Origin: Rhizophagus irregularis
Taxonomy: Eukaryota
DNA length: 64,000 nucleotides
NCBI RefSeq assembly: GCF_026210795.1
Contig: NC_089432.1
Location: forward strand, 1,302,001 to 1,366,000
Direction: 5' to 3'
The position numbers and the translations under genes are program-made. Of the stretch, positions 35,903-50,329 are shown in pieces. The notes beneath the pieces were generated by a model. It worked only from the letters and a program-made list of their open reading frames with translations, was not told the origin of the DNA and ran no database searches. Position 1 is the stretch's first letter; each line of letters begins with the position of its first letter.

Positions 35903-38089
35903 TTAATTTATTTTACATGAACTATGTTTCTTCCTAATCTTAAATCTTTTTAATTTATTTTGGGCATCTCTATTTCCTTGTTCAGCAGATTTTTTATACC
36001 AATGATATGCTTTGTCCATATCTTTATCTATTCCGTCTCCAATTTCAAACATGTAAGCAAGACGGCATTGAGCTATATCATATCCTAAATTTGCAGCCTT
36101 TTGATATAATTCAAATGCTTTATGTTCACTAATATCAGTACCAATTCCATATTGATAACAATATGCTAAATTACCTATTCCAGGTATACTTCCTAGATTT
36201 GCTGCTTTTCGATACAATTCAAATGCCTTTTCCCTATCAATACTAGTTCCAATTTCATTATCATAACAATTTCCCAATTGTGCTATTCCTTCTGGGTATT
36301 CTCCTTCAGCTGATTTTTTAAATAATTCAAATGCTTTGTTATAATCTATATTAACACCAATCCCATATAAATAACAATTTCCAAGATCATATTGAGCTAT
36401 ATTATTTCCTAAATTTGCTGCTTTTTGAAATAATTCTATTGCCTTCTGTTTATTAACGTTAGTTCCGATTCCAGAATAGTAAAAATTACCAAGTAAATCA
36501 ATATAATTTGAATTTTGTTGATTATTTAATAACCAACTAAAAATTTCTTGTGGTGTTGTATTTTGTTCTTCAAGATAACTAAGAATTTCTTGCTTTTCAT
36601 TACTACGCATATTAAGGATATCTTCAATTATTTTATCAACTATTACACTATAATTTTTATTCTCATCAATCTTATTTGTTTGATCATTTGATGGCATTAA
36701 TGATAACATTTCTTTTGTATTCATTGTACCAAATTCTTGTATAATCTGTGACAATTCTCCATGAAATGAATTGTACATATTACTTTTAGGTACTTCGGCA
36801 GTATTTGTATTTAGCAGATGTTTACTTGGTCGAACAGTTGTATTAGGATCTTTTGCAATTATGGCTTTCAATTCGGAAACAACTTGTTTAATAGGTGGAC
36901 GATTGTCGGGTTCACTATTCCAACAATCTAAAGGAAAAATAAATTTTAGTTAAAGTAATATTATCGCAATTTAATAAATAAATTTATATTTACATTTACC
37001 TGTATAAATATTCATATAATTTTCGGGTGTATCAGGAATAGGGTTTTCTCTGAGACCTTGTAAAATTTCTATGGCCAAACTTTGATCATATGGTTTATCA
37101 TGAAAAGGTGGATGACCGCTGGATATTTCCCATAAGAGAATACCAATACTGTAAACGTCACTCTTTTCATCTAATGAGTATGATTGTTGATTGTCATCAT
37201 TTCTTTGATTAACCAATACTTTTGGGTCAACATAAGGAATCACTCCAAACAATCTTTCTTGATAATTGGTCATTTCTTCAATCCTTCTTGATAATCCAAA
37301 ATCAGCCAGTTTGATAGTGTTTTGATGGACTAGTACATTATTGGAGTGCTATTATTCAATGTAAATAATTAATTAATTAACGTACTTATGGCAAATAAAA
37401 TATAAATAATTTACCAAATCTCTATGCACAATCCCTTCGTCGTGTAGACATGATACCGCATGAGTCAATTGGAACGCCAGTTTTAACTTTTCATTCCAAG
37501 TGAGATTATCAAAATTCTCTTTTAAATAATCTCGAAGAGTGCCACTATCGGCATATTCCATAACTAATAAATATTTTTTTGGATTATCGTTTTGAATTTC
37601 TTAAAAAAAAAAGAAAAGAAAAGAAAAATTATTTTAAAAATTTCGTTAGCTAATTATAATAATATGATATTAAAATGTTATCATACCTTGATCAGGAGTT
37701 GTAATACCACAAAAACGAATAACATTCTCATGGAAATCAACTTCGCGTTGAAGTCTAAGCTAAAATTATAAAGAATATTAAATAAGAATGTAACATCGTA
37801 TATTAGTATATGTTTTATGTGTGTATAGATAAATTATAATTACCTCGTTGACAATTTCTTTTACTGTAGCATTGTTGAGATTAAAAAAAGATTTTAATGC
37901 AAAAAATTTATCAGAATTTTTCCAATTTGCGCGATAGACTTTCCCGAACCCTCCGGAACCAATTTCTTGAATATCGTTAAAATGTTTATATTCGTAATGC
38001 TTAAAATAATGTTTTGTAATAGCCTCATCAATCCAATTAATCCATTCATTTGAATTTTCGGTAGTATTTAATTCGATATTATTAGACAT
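35903..38089 (-). CDS. Tyrosine-kinase-like kinase with Sel1-like repeats (5 exons), paralog 3
   Basis: ORF pieces 37778-38089, 37373-37561, 36971-37273, 35903-36871; strongly similar to paralog 2; ends SSCKIN. Confidence 0.9.
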
Positions 38090-38348
38090 TATTGAGTTTT
38101 GTAAAAAATTTAATATTTTTCAAAAAAAAAAAGAGGGAAGAGAAGAAAAAAAATTTCCAACCGTATTACATACGTTTAATGTCTATTTATGTAACTGACG
38201 ATCAATTAACAGTACACAAGTGTAATATGAAACTAACACAGAATTTTGGACCGCACACATATATATTTTTTGTTTTAAGCCCGCGTTTCGTTGATCCCTG
38301 CTGCAAAAAGGTGACTATCATATTCTTAATATGGTTAATATGGTATAG

Positions 38349-38699
38349 TAAAGTTAGCCGGTCTATTGACCGGTTAAGACGGTTAAGGCTAAGGGTAATT
38401 TAACCGTTTAACCGGCTAAGTTGTCGTTAAAATTGTTTTAAAATCATCGATAACTTAATTTTTATTAATTTTTTTTTTTTATATTCAGTTATTTTATATA
38501 ATAAAACTACCCCTCAAATCTTCAAGTGTTAAAAACTTAAAGTTATAAATTAGGTAAATATTATAAGATTTGGATTTTCGTGGTACATAGTAAATTCCGG
38601 TCAATTGTCAATGCCAGCTAGAATTAAGGTTTAACCGGCCAATTAACCGGTTAACCGGTTAAAGGATCGGGCAATCTTTTGGACCGGATCCAAACTTTA
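38349..38699. mobile_element. hAT-like MITE with TTAACCGG subterminal repeats
   Basis: taaagtt...ccggtc at left, gaccggatccaaacttta at right; resembles the hAT end at 21973-22026; no clean TSD. Confidence 0.6.
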
Positions 38700-38792
38700 A
38701 TCCATATTTATCATTATTTTTGCAAAAATCTTTTCTGATATTGGAAAGTAAAATAATGATGGATTAATTGCATATTAAACTATAGTTAATAA

Positions 38793-39122
38793 TATACATG
38801 TTGCTGAAACTCAGTAATTTCGGCATAATTTCAGGTTTCGGTTTCGGCCAGTCATTCTCGAAACTGAAAACGCCGAAAGTTGAGATTCAGGATCGAAATT
38901 TTCTGGCCATTATGAATTTTGTGTAACATTTGTGTAATACAAAATTCCATTGCAGGCGTGAATAGCATTCTCACCTGGTGGCTAAACTTTTATCCCGTGT
39001 CACGTGATATATGGTTCTGGCCGGCACCACAAATTTGACCAGAATTACCAAATTTACCAAATAATTTCGGCCATGTGCTTAAATTTCGGCCATATTTTCG
39101 GAAAATTTCGGCTACATGTATA
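38793..39122. mobile_element. MITE-like element with TTTCGGC repeats
   Basis: tatacatgttgctgaaa ... tttcggctacatgtata inverted ends. Confidence 0.6.
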
Positions 39123-40928
39123 GTTCATAACATGTAAGGAACGTATTTAACAAAATTTACTGTAAATTTAAAAGAATTTCAATAAAAATAAAGATATTAT
39201 TTTAAACGGAAAATTATATAGTATTTAAATGTTAAAATAATGCACAATATTTCAAGATGAAAATTTTCTTTTAAGATATTACTAAGTGAATTCTATTTCA
39301 GATTTCAATTTACGTCAGCCCCAATAGTCTCAGTATTTCTGGTAGTTTCGCATTTTTACCTTTATCGTACTTGAAAAAAATTAGGATTAGAAGAACCAAG
39401 AGAATCAAGTAAAAGTTTACGAGACCCCATGACAGGTTAATTTAAATTTTTTTTTCATTCAAGTTCTGATTTCTGAATAATACGAATAATTTACAACACA
39501 AAATCCGAAATTGGTATATTTTAATTATTAGTGACTATCGGGTACCAGCATATTCTATTCGAATATTTTTTTATTTCATTTTTAAAAAAAATTCATAAAT
39601 TAGATATTAATTATCATATTAAGTGTAATATATAATGTATATAATGAAAATATATTATAAATAGTTATTGTTATATGAATAATTTCTTAAATTGTAGTGA
39701 TATTCAATTAGAAAGATCTTAATTATAAGAGTCTGAAATAAGCGTGTCCAGCTAAACACGACGGATGGCAAGTCTAAATTATAATAAATTTTGAAGCAAT
39801 AATTTAATTTATCCCGTCAATAATATCAATTTATTAGTGATTTTTTTTCAGCTAGCAAATTTGACTACGTGTATTACTTAATAATGATTTTTTTTATAGT
39901 CGCCAAAACTCAGAAATTATTAATAAAGGGAATGACGCTATTACTACTTATATTATTACCCGCAAATAACATTATAGCTGATAAACAAATTTTACTATGT
40001 TTATTCTTATAGGTGGTTTTCTGCTTAGTTCGGATAATTAACAAATCTAAAATGTAATTTGATAATTCCACACACGTATCATTTGTGTATTAGTAAAACT
40101 CAATATGAAAACATTAACATATTTAATTAAATTTTGTTTAAAAACAAAACAAAACAAATATACAAAAACCTACAGATGTTGCACCAATCCCAATGGCATA
40201 TGTTATCTACTCCATGTGACCGTTGTTGAATATTTCAATAATATTAAACTTCACTCACAAATCCAAACGTACGCTAGAGATACCAGCTTATTTAAAAAAA
40301 TTACGTTGAAATTTGTTAATATTATTGTCATTTCTATTTATTCCTCATGTGAAAGAAAATAATTTGCTTGTAGAAAGAAAAAGGCCGAGATTAAAAAAAA
40401 AAACAATGGAATTTTCTACGTAATATTATTAAGTTTTATTTTTTAATTATTTGGGTATATTTAACATTCATCATAGAAGCTTATAGGAGTTAAAATAAGC
40501 GTCATTCTCTTTTTAATCACGGTTTATAGGTTAAAAAATAAAATTTTTTATGACTATTTAGATGGAAACTACAATTTTGATAAAATTTGTTGTAATATTT
40601 TATTATACCATATTATTTATGAGCATTGTAATTTTTCAAGATAAACATTTGAAATTAATATAATGTTAAATTTAATCACTTGTTCTCAGAAATTTATAAA
40701 GTTGGATACTAGCAGAAAATGTATGAAATTATAGAACAAGCGGATATTGATATATATTTATTTTTAAAAAGATCATAAAATGAATAAATAATATTCTTTG
40801 ATTTAGTTATCAAGGTCAAGAATAATTTCTTTAGGACAAGAAATAATATTAATTTTTAAAGTCGAAAAGTAGTAATTATGATTGTCCTTGCACTAACTCA
40901 CTAACTGCAAATTTTTTTTTTAGCAACC

Positions 40929-41650
40929 ATGTCTAAAAGTGTACCATTTGTCCGCAAATGGTCTGATGCTCATTCTGAACCACAGTACTTTAATACCCAG
41001 GAGGATCTTGAAAAGCACGTCTTTCGTGATCACGTAAAGTCAACTGAATTATCGTAAGCTTTGAGAAGAGTCCTTTGGTTCCTTTAACTTTCTCTAAGTT
41101 TTCTTCTTATGACAGATCTTTTATTCGAGTTTATCGATGTATCTGGGAAGGTTGTAAAGAGCAACTGAGTAATATTACTAAGCTAGAAGGTATGAAAAAA
41201 AATATTCTAAGTATTACAACAATTATAATAAACTAGTAATCACATTCTCGCAGTGCATTTATGGGATCACACTAAATAGAAGCCAAAGCCACTTAAGGTG
41301 GGTTTAAACCTGTTTTTGCCCGAATTGATCACGTTGAATTTATTTCTTTCGTGTTTAGTGCCCAATCTGTGATCATTCGCGTCAATTTTGAACTACATCA
41401 TCACTTAATTTATCGCCATAATGATAGCGTTATGGATTACGCAGGCGCAAATTATATGACGAAACATGAAAATGGTACTTTCTATTCATTTTATATATTA
41501 AAATTAAAATCCTATGATATGTTTTATCACTTTTATGTAATTTCTTTGAAGATTATAAACGTGATGATAATCGTTATTATGGTAAAAGCAATGATGAAAT
41601 TATATGGGAAACACTTTGGTGCTATTATAATGATCCGAAGAAAGTTGTAG
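40929..41650 (+). pseudogene. C2H2 zinc-finger gene, disrupted
   Basis: Spliced reading MSKSVPFVRKW...LEKHVFRDHV / YRCIWEGCKEQLSNITKLE / VHLWDHTK* / CPICDH; in-frame stop at ~41277. Confidence 0.7.
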
Positions 41651-41849
41651 TGTAATTTAATGCTATTAAATATCATGATGAAGGTAATGATTTTTCATTT
41701 TTATTACATCCTTGGATTAAATATAACATTTTTTTTTTGTTTCAATTCTTTCCGCAACGCTGTAATGCAACTCTTAATACTAGAATTGAGTGACTGATTT
41801 TTAAATGATGATTTTGCCTCAAAACTATGAAAAACTATGACTTAGAGCA

Positions 41850-43370
41850 AGATAATTTTTTTCGATATAATTAATATATTTGGTCTATACATTTTTCGAC
41901 TGCAATTTTGCACTTAAATGACATCATTTTACTTTGCTATATCCAAACGTTTGAGTGCTATATCTTTAGTATATGGAGTAATTTTTTTCCACTTGTCTTT
42001 ATGAACTATAGCATTTCGGCGTTTTTTATAAAGACCAATACTTAATAATTCCATTCCTCTGCTTTTTTATGCATTCTATTAGTTTTATATTCAATTTTAT
42101 CCTTGAATAATTTCTTGATATTATTGAATTGATCTACTTCGTCCAAACCTTCATTAAATCTCATTAATAAACAATCGTAAAAGAAAATTACTTTCAACCC
42201 AAAGGACAAAAAGCGGTTGAGAATGTTAAGAAATGGCCTGAAAAAATCATGCTATTAATTTCTCATAAATAGAAATGCTTTAGTAAAAGCCTACCCAATT
42301 TTACGGCTACTGATAGAGTTATAGATGAATCTAAATTAGTTGCAACTTTTGCTATTATGAGATGAGATTTTCCACATAATCCAAAAGATTACGAAATCAA
42401 TATTAATTGGGTCGAAGGGAAACAAACAAAGAATAACACTCATCGTAGTCCAGAAGATTTGGTATTCCATTTCCAACAATTAAATATCTTATCTTGACTC
42501 AAAAAGTGGTAAATCTTCAAAACCAGATATACCAATCATAGGGATGATTACGGTTCACTAACCGATGACTCGAACCTGAGCCGGTTCATAGGTGGTTCGG
42601 TTCGGTTTGGTTCGCGAGTAAACCAGGTGAACCATCGACTCAATTGATTTTTTTATAGCATTTAGATCATCTAATTAATGATAGTCAAAATTTAATATTA
42701 CTTACCAAAGCTAATTTTGGATTTCCAAAACTAAAACACTCTGGTCGAAATTTCCGAAACTGGCCGAAATTACCAAAACTTAGCCGAAACTTCCGAAACT
42801 TGGCCAAAGCTACCGAAACTGGCCGAAATTATCTGGAAATCACGTGGTATTCCATTTGTAACACATTTTCGGGTTTTGTAAGATACAAAATTTCCTTTTT
42901 TGGAAATTAGTGTAACATCACGTGACATTAGTTAACTCCGGCCAGAATTACAGAATTTAGCCGTGAGTCGATGGTTCACCCGGTTCACTCACTCACTCAC
43001 GAACCGAGTCGAACCGCCAATGAACCGAACCGGTTCGGTTCGAACCATGAGCATCCCTAACCAATCATAAATAATAATGATATTAAATTGCTTTGTACTA
43101 ATTGTTTTACGAAAGATGAAGCTACTCTTGCAAATTTTTCCTCCTAAAGAAGCTTCAATTACTCTTAATGGAAATTTTCTCATGAACCTTGATTTACTCT
43201 TGAAGCTTCAGCAGAGGAAATAAGTGTAAAAATTCTTCAGCTAAAAATTCTCTTATTGTAAGTACTAGTATGGGTCCTTTTAAAACAACAGGTATATTAG
43301 GTCCTGAAATTGATCTTGTTGCTGCAGCTGATGCTAGTGCGGAAATAACGCCATATCTGCTGATTTGTGG
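41850..43370 (+). pseudogene. Degraded coding-like sequence of unknown family, split by a hAT MITE
   Basis: Protein-like fragments (LVATFAIMR, DFPHNPKDYEININWVEG, GPFKTTGILGPEIDLVAAADASAEIT) separated by stops and frameshifts. Confidence 0.35.
42539..43059. mobile_element. hAT-type MITE with 8-bp TSD
   Basis: accaatca|tagggatgattacggttc ... gaaccatgagcatcccta|accaatca; GGTTC/GAACC subterminal repeats. Confidence 0.92.
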
Positions 43371-44589
43371 AATTTACAATAATCGTCTTTTAGTTAATAA
43401 TAAAAATTTTAAAAATGGATAGACAATACTATCACGTGCATAAATATTTGCAATAAATGTACGTGAAATTTTCGTATGTTTTTGGCATCCTATTATTTAA
43501 ACCAGATAAAATTATGCTTAATTGAAGGCTCTATTTAAACAGAATCTAATAATAATATTTCATAGAAATAAATTTTAATTTTAGTTGAGATTAATTTTTG
43601 TAATATATTGTTTATTATTTCAAAAAAAATTATTTTTTCTGTAACTTATGATTCAAATAAAGTGAAATTATACCAAAATAAAGCTTTAAATAAGTTGATT
43701 CTAATAATATTAAAATAAACATCATTATTGATAAGGAGTTACAAAAGATCACATAAGTTTCCCACCGCCAGATTTTCGAATAAATAAAATTTGTCTAAGT
43801 TTAAAATAAACTTTATTATTACTTAAAAATTCTTTAAATTATGATATAAAATAAATAGTAGATAAATAAACAAATAAAATCATACCAAGTTTTGCTTTAG
43901 ATTCTAAGCTTTTACACTTTTTTTTACAATTTTACTACTCGTTAAAAACTTTTAAAAACAAATAAAATATTCAGTTATTATATTTAATATACAAGTAACA
44001 CGAATGGTGATATGCCACATTCTGTATCAGTTATTGTTATTAACGCGTGAATTTTATTTGATGATAATGATGATGTATCCGTTGTTGTTGTGTCTTGTAC
44101 TCCTGCATGTTTCTTATATTGATTAGATAATGATGAATACGATAATGATGCTAATGAAATTAAGATCTTCGTAAATTTCATGGAATTCCTATTTAAAAAA
44201 AATATATATATTAATAAACTCGAATAACGTTTAATTAAGACCATTCCAATTTAACTATTTGCTTAGCGTCTTATTTTTTTAAAAAAAAAAAAAATTGAGG
44301 GGAAGGAGATGTTACGCTCTCACAAAAAAGTGAAGTGGGATAGACATTAAACAAACAATCAAGTTGGAACGGGGTTGAGTCAATCCGTTATATCTGTTAT
44401 TGTTACACTTACGCTCTAATTTTCGTATAATTTGGGTAAAATCCAGAATTATACCTCACAAGCTTATCTCATATAAGATCAATAACTGATAAACTACGAC
44501 TCAAATAAAAAATAATAAATTTACCTGATAATCTAAATAATTAGTTTAAACAGATTTTTTTTTTCTTTTGGAAAGTAATGTTTTATTTT

Positions 44590-46930
44590 CATAACTTACA
44601 TTCATTTTAATGCACCATCTTCAGCCATAACCCACCAACGAGCATCTCTTGGTTCAACGTCAATCATAAGTAAAACATCATCAGCTTATTGGTGTGGAGA
44701 TTAATAAATCATATACGCAGTATTATTATTTCCCATTAATAAATTTTCCTCATCATTGTTATTTGTTATTTTATTATTATCATTATATATAGCGGAAACC
44801 ATCTGTTGACCCACAAAACAAACTTCAGATACTTCTAATAATTTAACTAAATCAATTCGTTCCTCCCTTTTTCTTTTTATTATTATTTCTATTTACTATT
44901 TTATTATCATTGTCTTTTTCATTTAATTTCTTTGGTTAATTGGATCTTCAACGTAATCTTGTTTTTCACTTTCTAATTTCGCAAAATCTAATACACTATT
45001 AATAATACTTATTAAAGAAGTTCCACAACCTTGTATTGTTTTAACCAATTCAGCTTAAGCTTCATTTAATTTGCTTTCTTCCATTAATTCACAACTTGCT
45101 AAAATACCATGAAGAGAAGTTCTTAATTCTGAAATACAGAAGAAATGAATGCACCTTTTGCTCTATCGGCAACGATAACCCTTCTTTTTGATACTTTACT
45201 AACAACATTTACGCCAAAAATTGCTCAAATCAACACGTTCTTCATCTTCAAATCGTTTTTGTGAATCATTGTCATAGCGATTAAAAAACCAAAGCATTTT
45301 ATATACCATCATAAATCGGTACAACAATACCGGAATGTACATAATCAGGAAAGAGGGTTGAAAGAATTTTGATAAATACAACCTTGTGAATGAGCCTAAA
45401 TAAGCGAAATAAAAAGTGATTAAAGAAGCTTTTACAGCTTCAAAAGATAATTAACTTCACCAGCACAAGCGAGAGATCTTAAATGATTTGGTGATATATC
45501 AGGAAGCGGAGTATCTACTTGAAGTACATCTAAATAATTTAACTGCCATGTTAAAGAATAGGATCACCAAAGTAGATTTACCTTATTTTCATCGTTATTA
45601 AAATTATTAGCTAATTGAATTTCCAAACAGAATTTGCTAAATTCAGCCATACTCTCTTCAGTCTCTTGCATCTTATTTCTTACACGTAAACGTAAAATAC
45701 TATTAGATCATAATTCTAATTCTCTCATGACAACTTTAGCAAATTCTTTTAAACTTTCACGATCCTTTTTTGAAGAACTATCCCTAGGTTCACGATCGAT
45801 CACACATATCGTATTACCATCATCAGTTCGTAAAGGGGCACCAGCATAAAATCTTATAAAAAGGAGAATCAGTAACTAAAGGATTATTACAAAATCTCCA
45901 ATTTTTACTAGTGGTATCACAAATGGTTCGTCATTTTCTTATAATATAGCACGATCACAAATACTTATTTCCCTAGTAGTTTCACTACATCCCACACGAC
46001 GGGTCGGAATAAGAAAAAAAAGTTGTCCATCTTCAGCTTTAAACCATTGATGAGTCGTATTGAGAAGTGATATCACATCGATATTGAAGTCTTAAAATGT
46101 TCTTTTGATAATGTTACTATACGAATAAAATTAACACCATTTGATGTATTAAGTATTTAAAATCTCTATAACGCTCTTCTACGTTCAACTTCATTAGGAG
46201 GATGAAAAGAGGAAGGCAATGATTATTATCTAAATTATCATCATCATCATCGTAATTACTTTCATAATTACCATCTACTTCTTCAGATAAACATTTGTTT
46301 TGTTCACAATCATCTTCAAGACCTTTAATAAAAGAAGTTATGGCATCAGCTTCAGCAGTACTAGAATTAAATAGGATTAAATTTTCCTTGAGCATAATTA
46401 TAAAGGAATTCTTTCCATTCATCAGTATTATATTGATCAAATAGTATATCGGAATCAGGGAAGGTAGCTAATAATGAATATCAACTTCACTACTACTAGA
46501 TGATAATACATTATCAATAGAAGAAATTGTTTTGGAAAAGGTTTAAAACGAAATATCGCACATTGTTGTTTTATTGTTGTTATTGTTCGTGATAGAAAAT
46601 TTTTCCTTTATTAAAGTTTTCCATTCCACATCTTTTATAATATTTACTTTGATTCGATATTAAAATCGGTAACGCTATAGATTTTCTATGAACAACGTTG
46701 TTATCGTTATTATTATTAATTCCTTGTATAGAATTTGAAATTTCTTTATCAAATTTGTAAGATTTAAATATAGAAGTATCCAAGAATTTTTTTCGTACAA
46801 AAGATTTTATCAGATTTAGTTTTGAAGAAGATAATGGCATGTGAAGTTGTGCGATGGTACGATTGGTACGTGCTGTTTCGACTGCGGGAAGTATGATAAT
46901 AGGATTTGCTGTGTAACAAAAAAAATACAT
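44590..46930 (-). pseudogene. GAF-domain sensor histidine kinase pseudogene
   Basis: Minus strand: WRFCNNPLVTDSPFIRFYAGAPLRTDDG (GAF) and DRAKGAFISS../ELRTSLHGILASCELMEE...LISIINSVLDFAKLES (HisKA, H-box damaged); many stops and frameshifts. Confidence 0.8.
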
Positions 46931-48511
46931 CTTTTTTTTTAATCTAAAATTCTCGTATGAAAAATGTGAATTTGAAAATATATATATATATATATATTTT
47001 TAGTTTGAAAAAAAGGGAAGAATATTACATATATATAATGTTTATATACAAGTAAAGAAATGATGTAAAAGTGTATATATTAAAGTGATTATTTAAATTT
47101 TCCTCCTATTTAAGTATCAAAAACATCATTTACGTAACATCACTATTTTTTCTGTAGAATTATAGTAAAATTGTTTTAAGTTCCATAGCATGAAGAAATA
47201 GTAACGTAATATTAAATTTTGTATAGAATGAAAGAAAAATGGTAAAAATAAAAAATTAGAAAATGGCAAAAAAAAAAAGTTTTCGTACAATTTAAAGAAT
47301 ATGATTAACTAAAAAAAAACTATCATTAAAATAGACTAGTTACAATGTCATTGTCGTATAACATTTTGAATGTATTTAGAAACAAAAAAAAATTAAACTC
47401 AAAACTGAAATCAAATTTTTAAATTTTTATTCTGTTTATTTCTAACAATTTGAGTTTCACAAACCAAATTTTCCAAGTAACTTCATTTTTTAATTATTTA
47501 ACTTTATTCTGTTTTTTATTTTATATGTGTTGCATCATCGGTTTGTACTTCTCCTTTCAATCAAATATTATTATATTCGATTATTTACAGTTAATAATGT
47601 AAATTTTTTACGTATTAAAGAAGATTCGCTATAATTTTTTTTAAAAAAAGTAACTCTGTAAATTAATGGGCGGAATAAAGTATTGTATCAAGACTTTAAA
47701 TACATAGATGGAAACAAATTGCGATAAAATCTTTGGAACAATTAGATAAACTCAGTGAACCTTTACAGTACGCGCCCAAAAATATTTTTGATTTGTATTA
47801 TGACATAATTTTTTGTTATCAATAATATAAAAATACAATTAAATGTTTTAAACTTTTTATTGAATTTGTATTATACGTTGATATATGATAGCTTTTAAAA
47901 CTAACAAAAATTCTAACATAATTTTTGGTCACAAAAAATTTTGTGACTTGAGTCAGAAATCAGTATTAATATTTTGATTCACAAGTTTTTTTTCTATATT
48001 GTGTTATGTTGTTTACACGGCTTGACTCTAATGAACTAAAGATTTTTCAGGAAGTGACTGAAGTTGTATAAAGAATTGGATTGAAAACTTGTTCGATGAA
48101 TAAGATCAAAATGCTGTCGGATTTATTTTCAATTAAATAATTTTGTATATAATCAACAAGTTCCTGGCAGCCAACATAACCTGAATTATCTCACCCATTC
48201 AATGGGAGAATACCACCATGAATATATCTAAATTAAAATGTAAATTTTGGATTTGAATATGAATAAAATTTACATACATATATAATACCAGTTAACCAGG
48301 GTTAATTAACTAAAATACGTTTATTCCATAAATACCCGACATTGAAAAACAAATATAAAAACCACTGATAAAAAACGTCTCTGACCCACCCCATAAAAAA
48401 AAAAATTACATTAAAAACAAAATTACATGTCTTTTTACATTTCTTAAACTCGTAAAATTTGTACTTTTTTTTTAAACGAAAAAAAAAAATTTATAATAAT
48501 TTATAATAATC

Positions 48512-49174
48512 ATGACACATATTTTTCAAGATTCTCAAAATTTCCAAGGTTATAATGAAAATTTGACCAAACTTATTTCAAGTCCTTTTGAAAATAATAA
48601 TAATAACGACAATATTGTTACAACTAATCCAAACTTTTTTAATGATTCTTTTCACGAAAACGAACCTACTGTTTCTGTTCCTTTAACACATTCTGTTACG
48701 CCAAAATTTCAATCAACATCTCGTACGATTTCTCAACAAAAAAATGTTCCATTTATGTATCAAAAATTTCAAAGAATTTCTAATTCTATTTTGATATTTG
48801 AAGAAAATGCTAAAAGACAACTTGAACAATTATATGAATTAAAGAATCATTTAAATCAATTGAAACAATTTCTTAACACACAACAACAACATTCTATGCC
48901 TCGTCGTATAAACCGTATAAACCGAAACCGTGATTATCGAACTCATCCTTATTTGAATGAACGTCAATTAGTCACTTCTCACATATCAACTGCTACAGAA
49001 ATTGACTGTCATTATGATAATAATGAATTAAATTTTATGAATGAACAAAATATTTTATCAAATAGTTTTTGTCCTCAACAAGTGAATGTTCCTGCTGCAG
49101 TTAGCTTTTCTGAAAATAGTGAAATTTTATCTAGTCCTCAAAATTTTGAATTTTATGACAATAATTATATATAA
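48512..49174 (+). CDS. Hypothetical N/Q/S-rich protein with a short coiled-coil-like segment
   Basis: Uninterrupted 220-aa ATG ORF in very AT-rich DNA; no family recognised. Confidence 0.55.
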   Translation: MTHIFQDSQNFQGYNENLTKLISSPFENNNNNDNIVTTNPNFFNDSFHENEPTVSVPLTHSVTPKFQSTSRTISQQKNVPFMYQKFQRISNSILIFEENAKRQLEQLYELKNHLNQLKQFLNTQQQHSMPRRINRINRNRDYRTHPYLNERQLVTSHISTATEIDCHYDNNELNFMNEQNILSNSFCPQQVNVPAAVSFSENSEILSSPQNFEFYDNNYI

Positions 49175-49772
49175 TGTTCATGAAATCTAGAAAATTTGTA
49201 AATTTCAATATACTGTATGTTATTAACATTTATATTTTTTTTGTTCACTATATTGCTTATTATTTTATACCTTTATTTTTTATTGTATTTTATTTTGCTC
49301 TTTATTATTTTCATTATTGATAAAATAATGGCATGTAGTTACGCTTATATTTAAGTGAATAAAGACAAGTCAGGTGCTGCGCTTGCAGTAAATTTCGATA
49401 ACGCCAAATATCATTCTAAATTGAGTATTTACAAGTGCTAAAATTAAAAACATTTCATTATATGAACCAAATGAACCTATTATATTCTATTTTAAGTATA
49501 AATCCAATTTAAGTATCAAAAGCGGGACAGCAAAAAAAAGAAACGCCCAATTATTACTTTCTATAAAAAATTTCAAGTTTTTAAATATTCCTTCGATTTG
49601 TTATAAGATTTTAATCTTGCTCGAAATTTTTCAAGGACATACGGACCAATAAAATTTATTGAAATATTACATCTGTTCAACTTTTCTGAATCGAAAAATA
49701 AGTGCGTGACCAAAGTCACGCGGACACGTGATTTGTAACGATATGTACGGCGACGCAAATGAATACAATTTG

Positions 49773-49960
49773 CTTCCCGCTGTTCCGTACTGGTCGGGTT
49801 CTGGGACAGATGGATTTCTCTAGTGAAGGTCCGCTCCATTATGGTTTGGATGAAGTTTTATGTTGCCCGCTTCTTTTATTCTTTGGAATTGTGTAGTGAC
49901 TTTTCATTGTAATTCTCCTGCTTTACATAAAATAAAATAAAATAAATAAATATAAAATAA
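49773..49960 (+). mobile_element. 5'-truncated non-LTR insertion with (TAAAA)n tail
   Basis: Tail 49927-49960; TSD atgaatacaa(t/a)ttg at 49759-49772 and 49961-49974. Confidence 0.75.
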
Positions 49961-50329
49961 ATGAATACAAATTGAGATAACGTTTTCTATAATACAGATA
50001 AATCAGTGATTTCAGAATCTGTGTCTAGAATAAAGAAAAATTTACATAATGTTTCTTTAAATATCAACGAGAAGGTGGGATTTTAATGATTTCACAGTTT
50101 ATAAAATATAGATTCTCCCTCATATGCCTTAGTCATTTGGAAGTAGCGTCAAATGGATTGTCACGCTTTTCTTAAAAATTTAGTAATTACACCAAATAAG
50201 ACTAAATGATAACAATCATTTTCATAGAGTAAAAAAAAAAATAATTTATTGATAATATAATATGTTTCTGATCCATTATTTATGATAAATAAAAAATTAA
50301 ACTTTCTATAAACATTTAAAAAATTAAAA

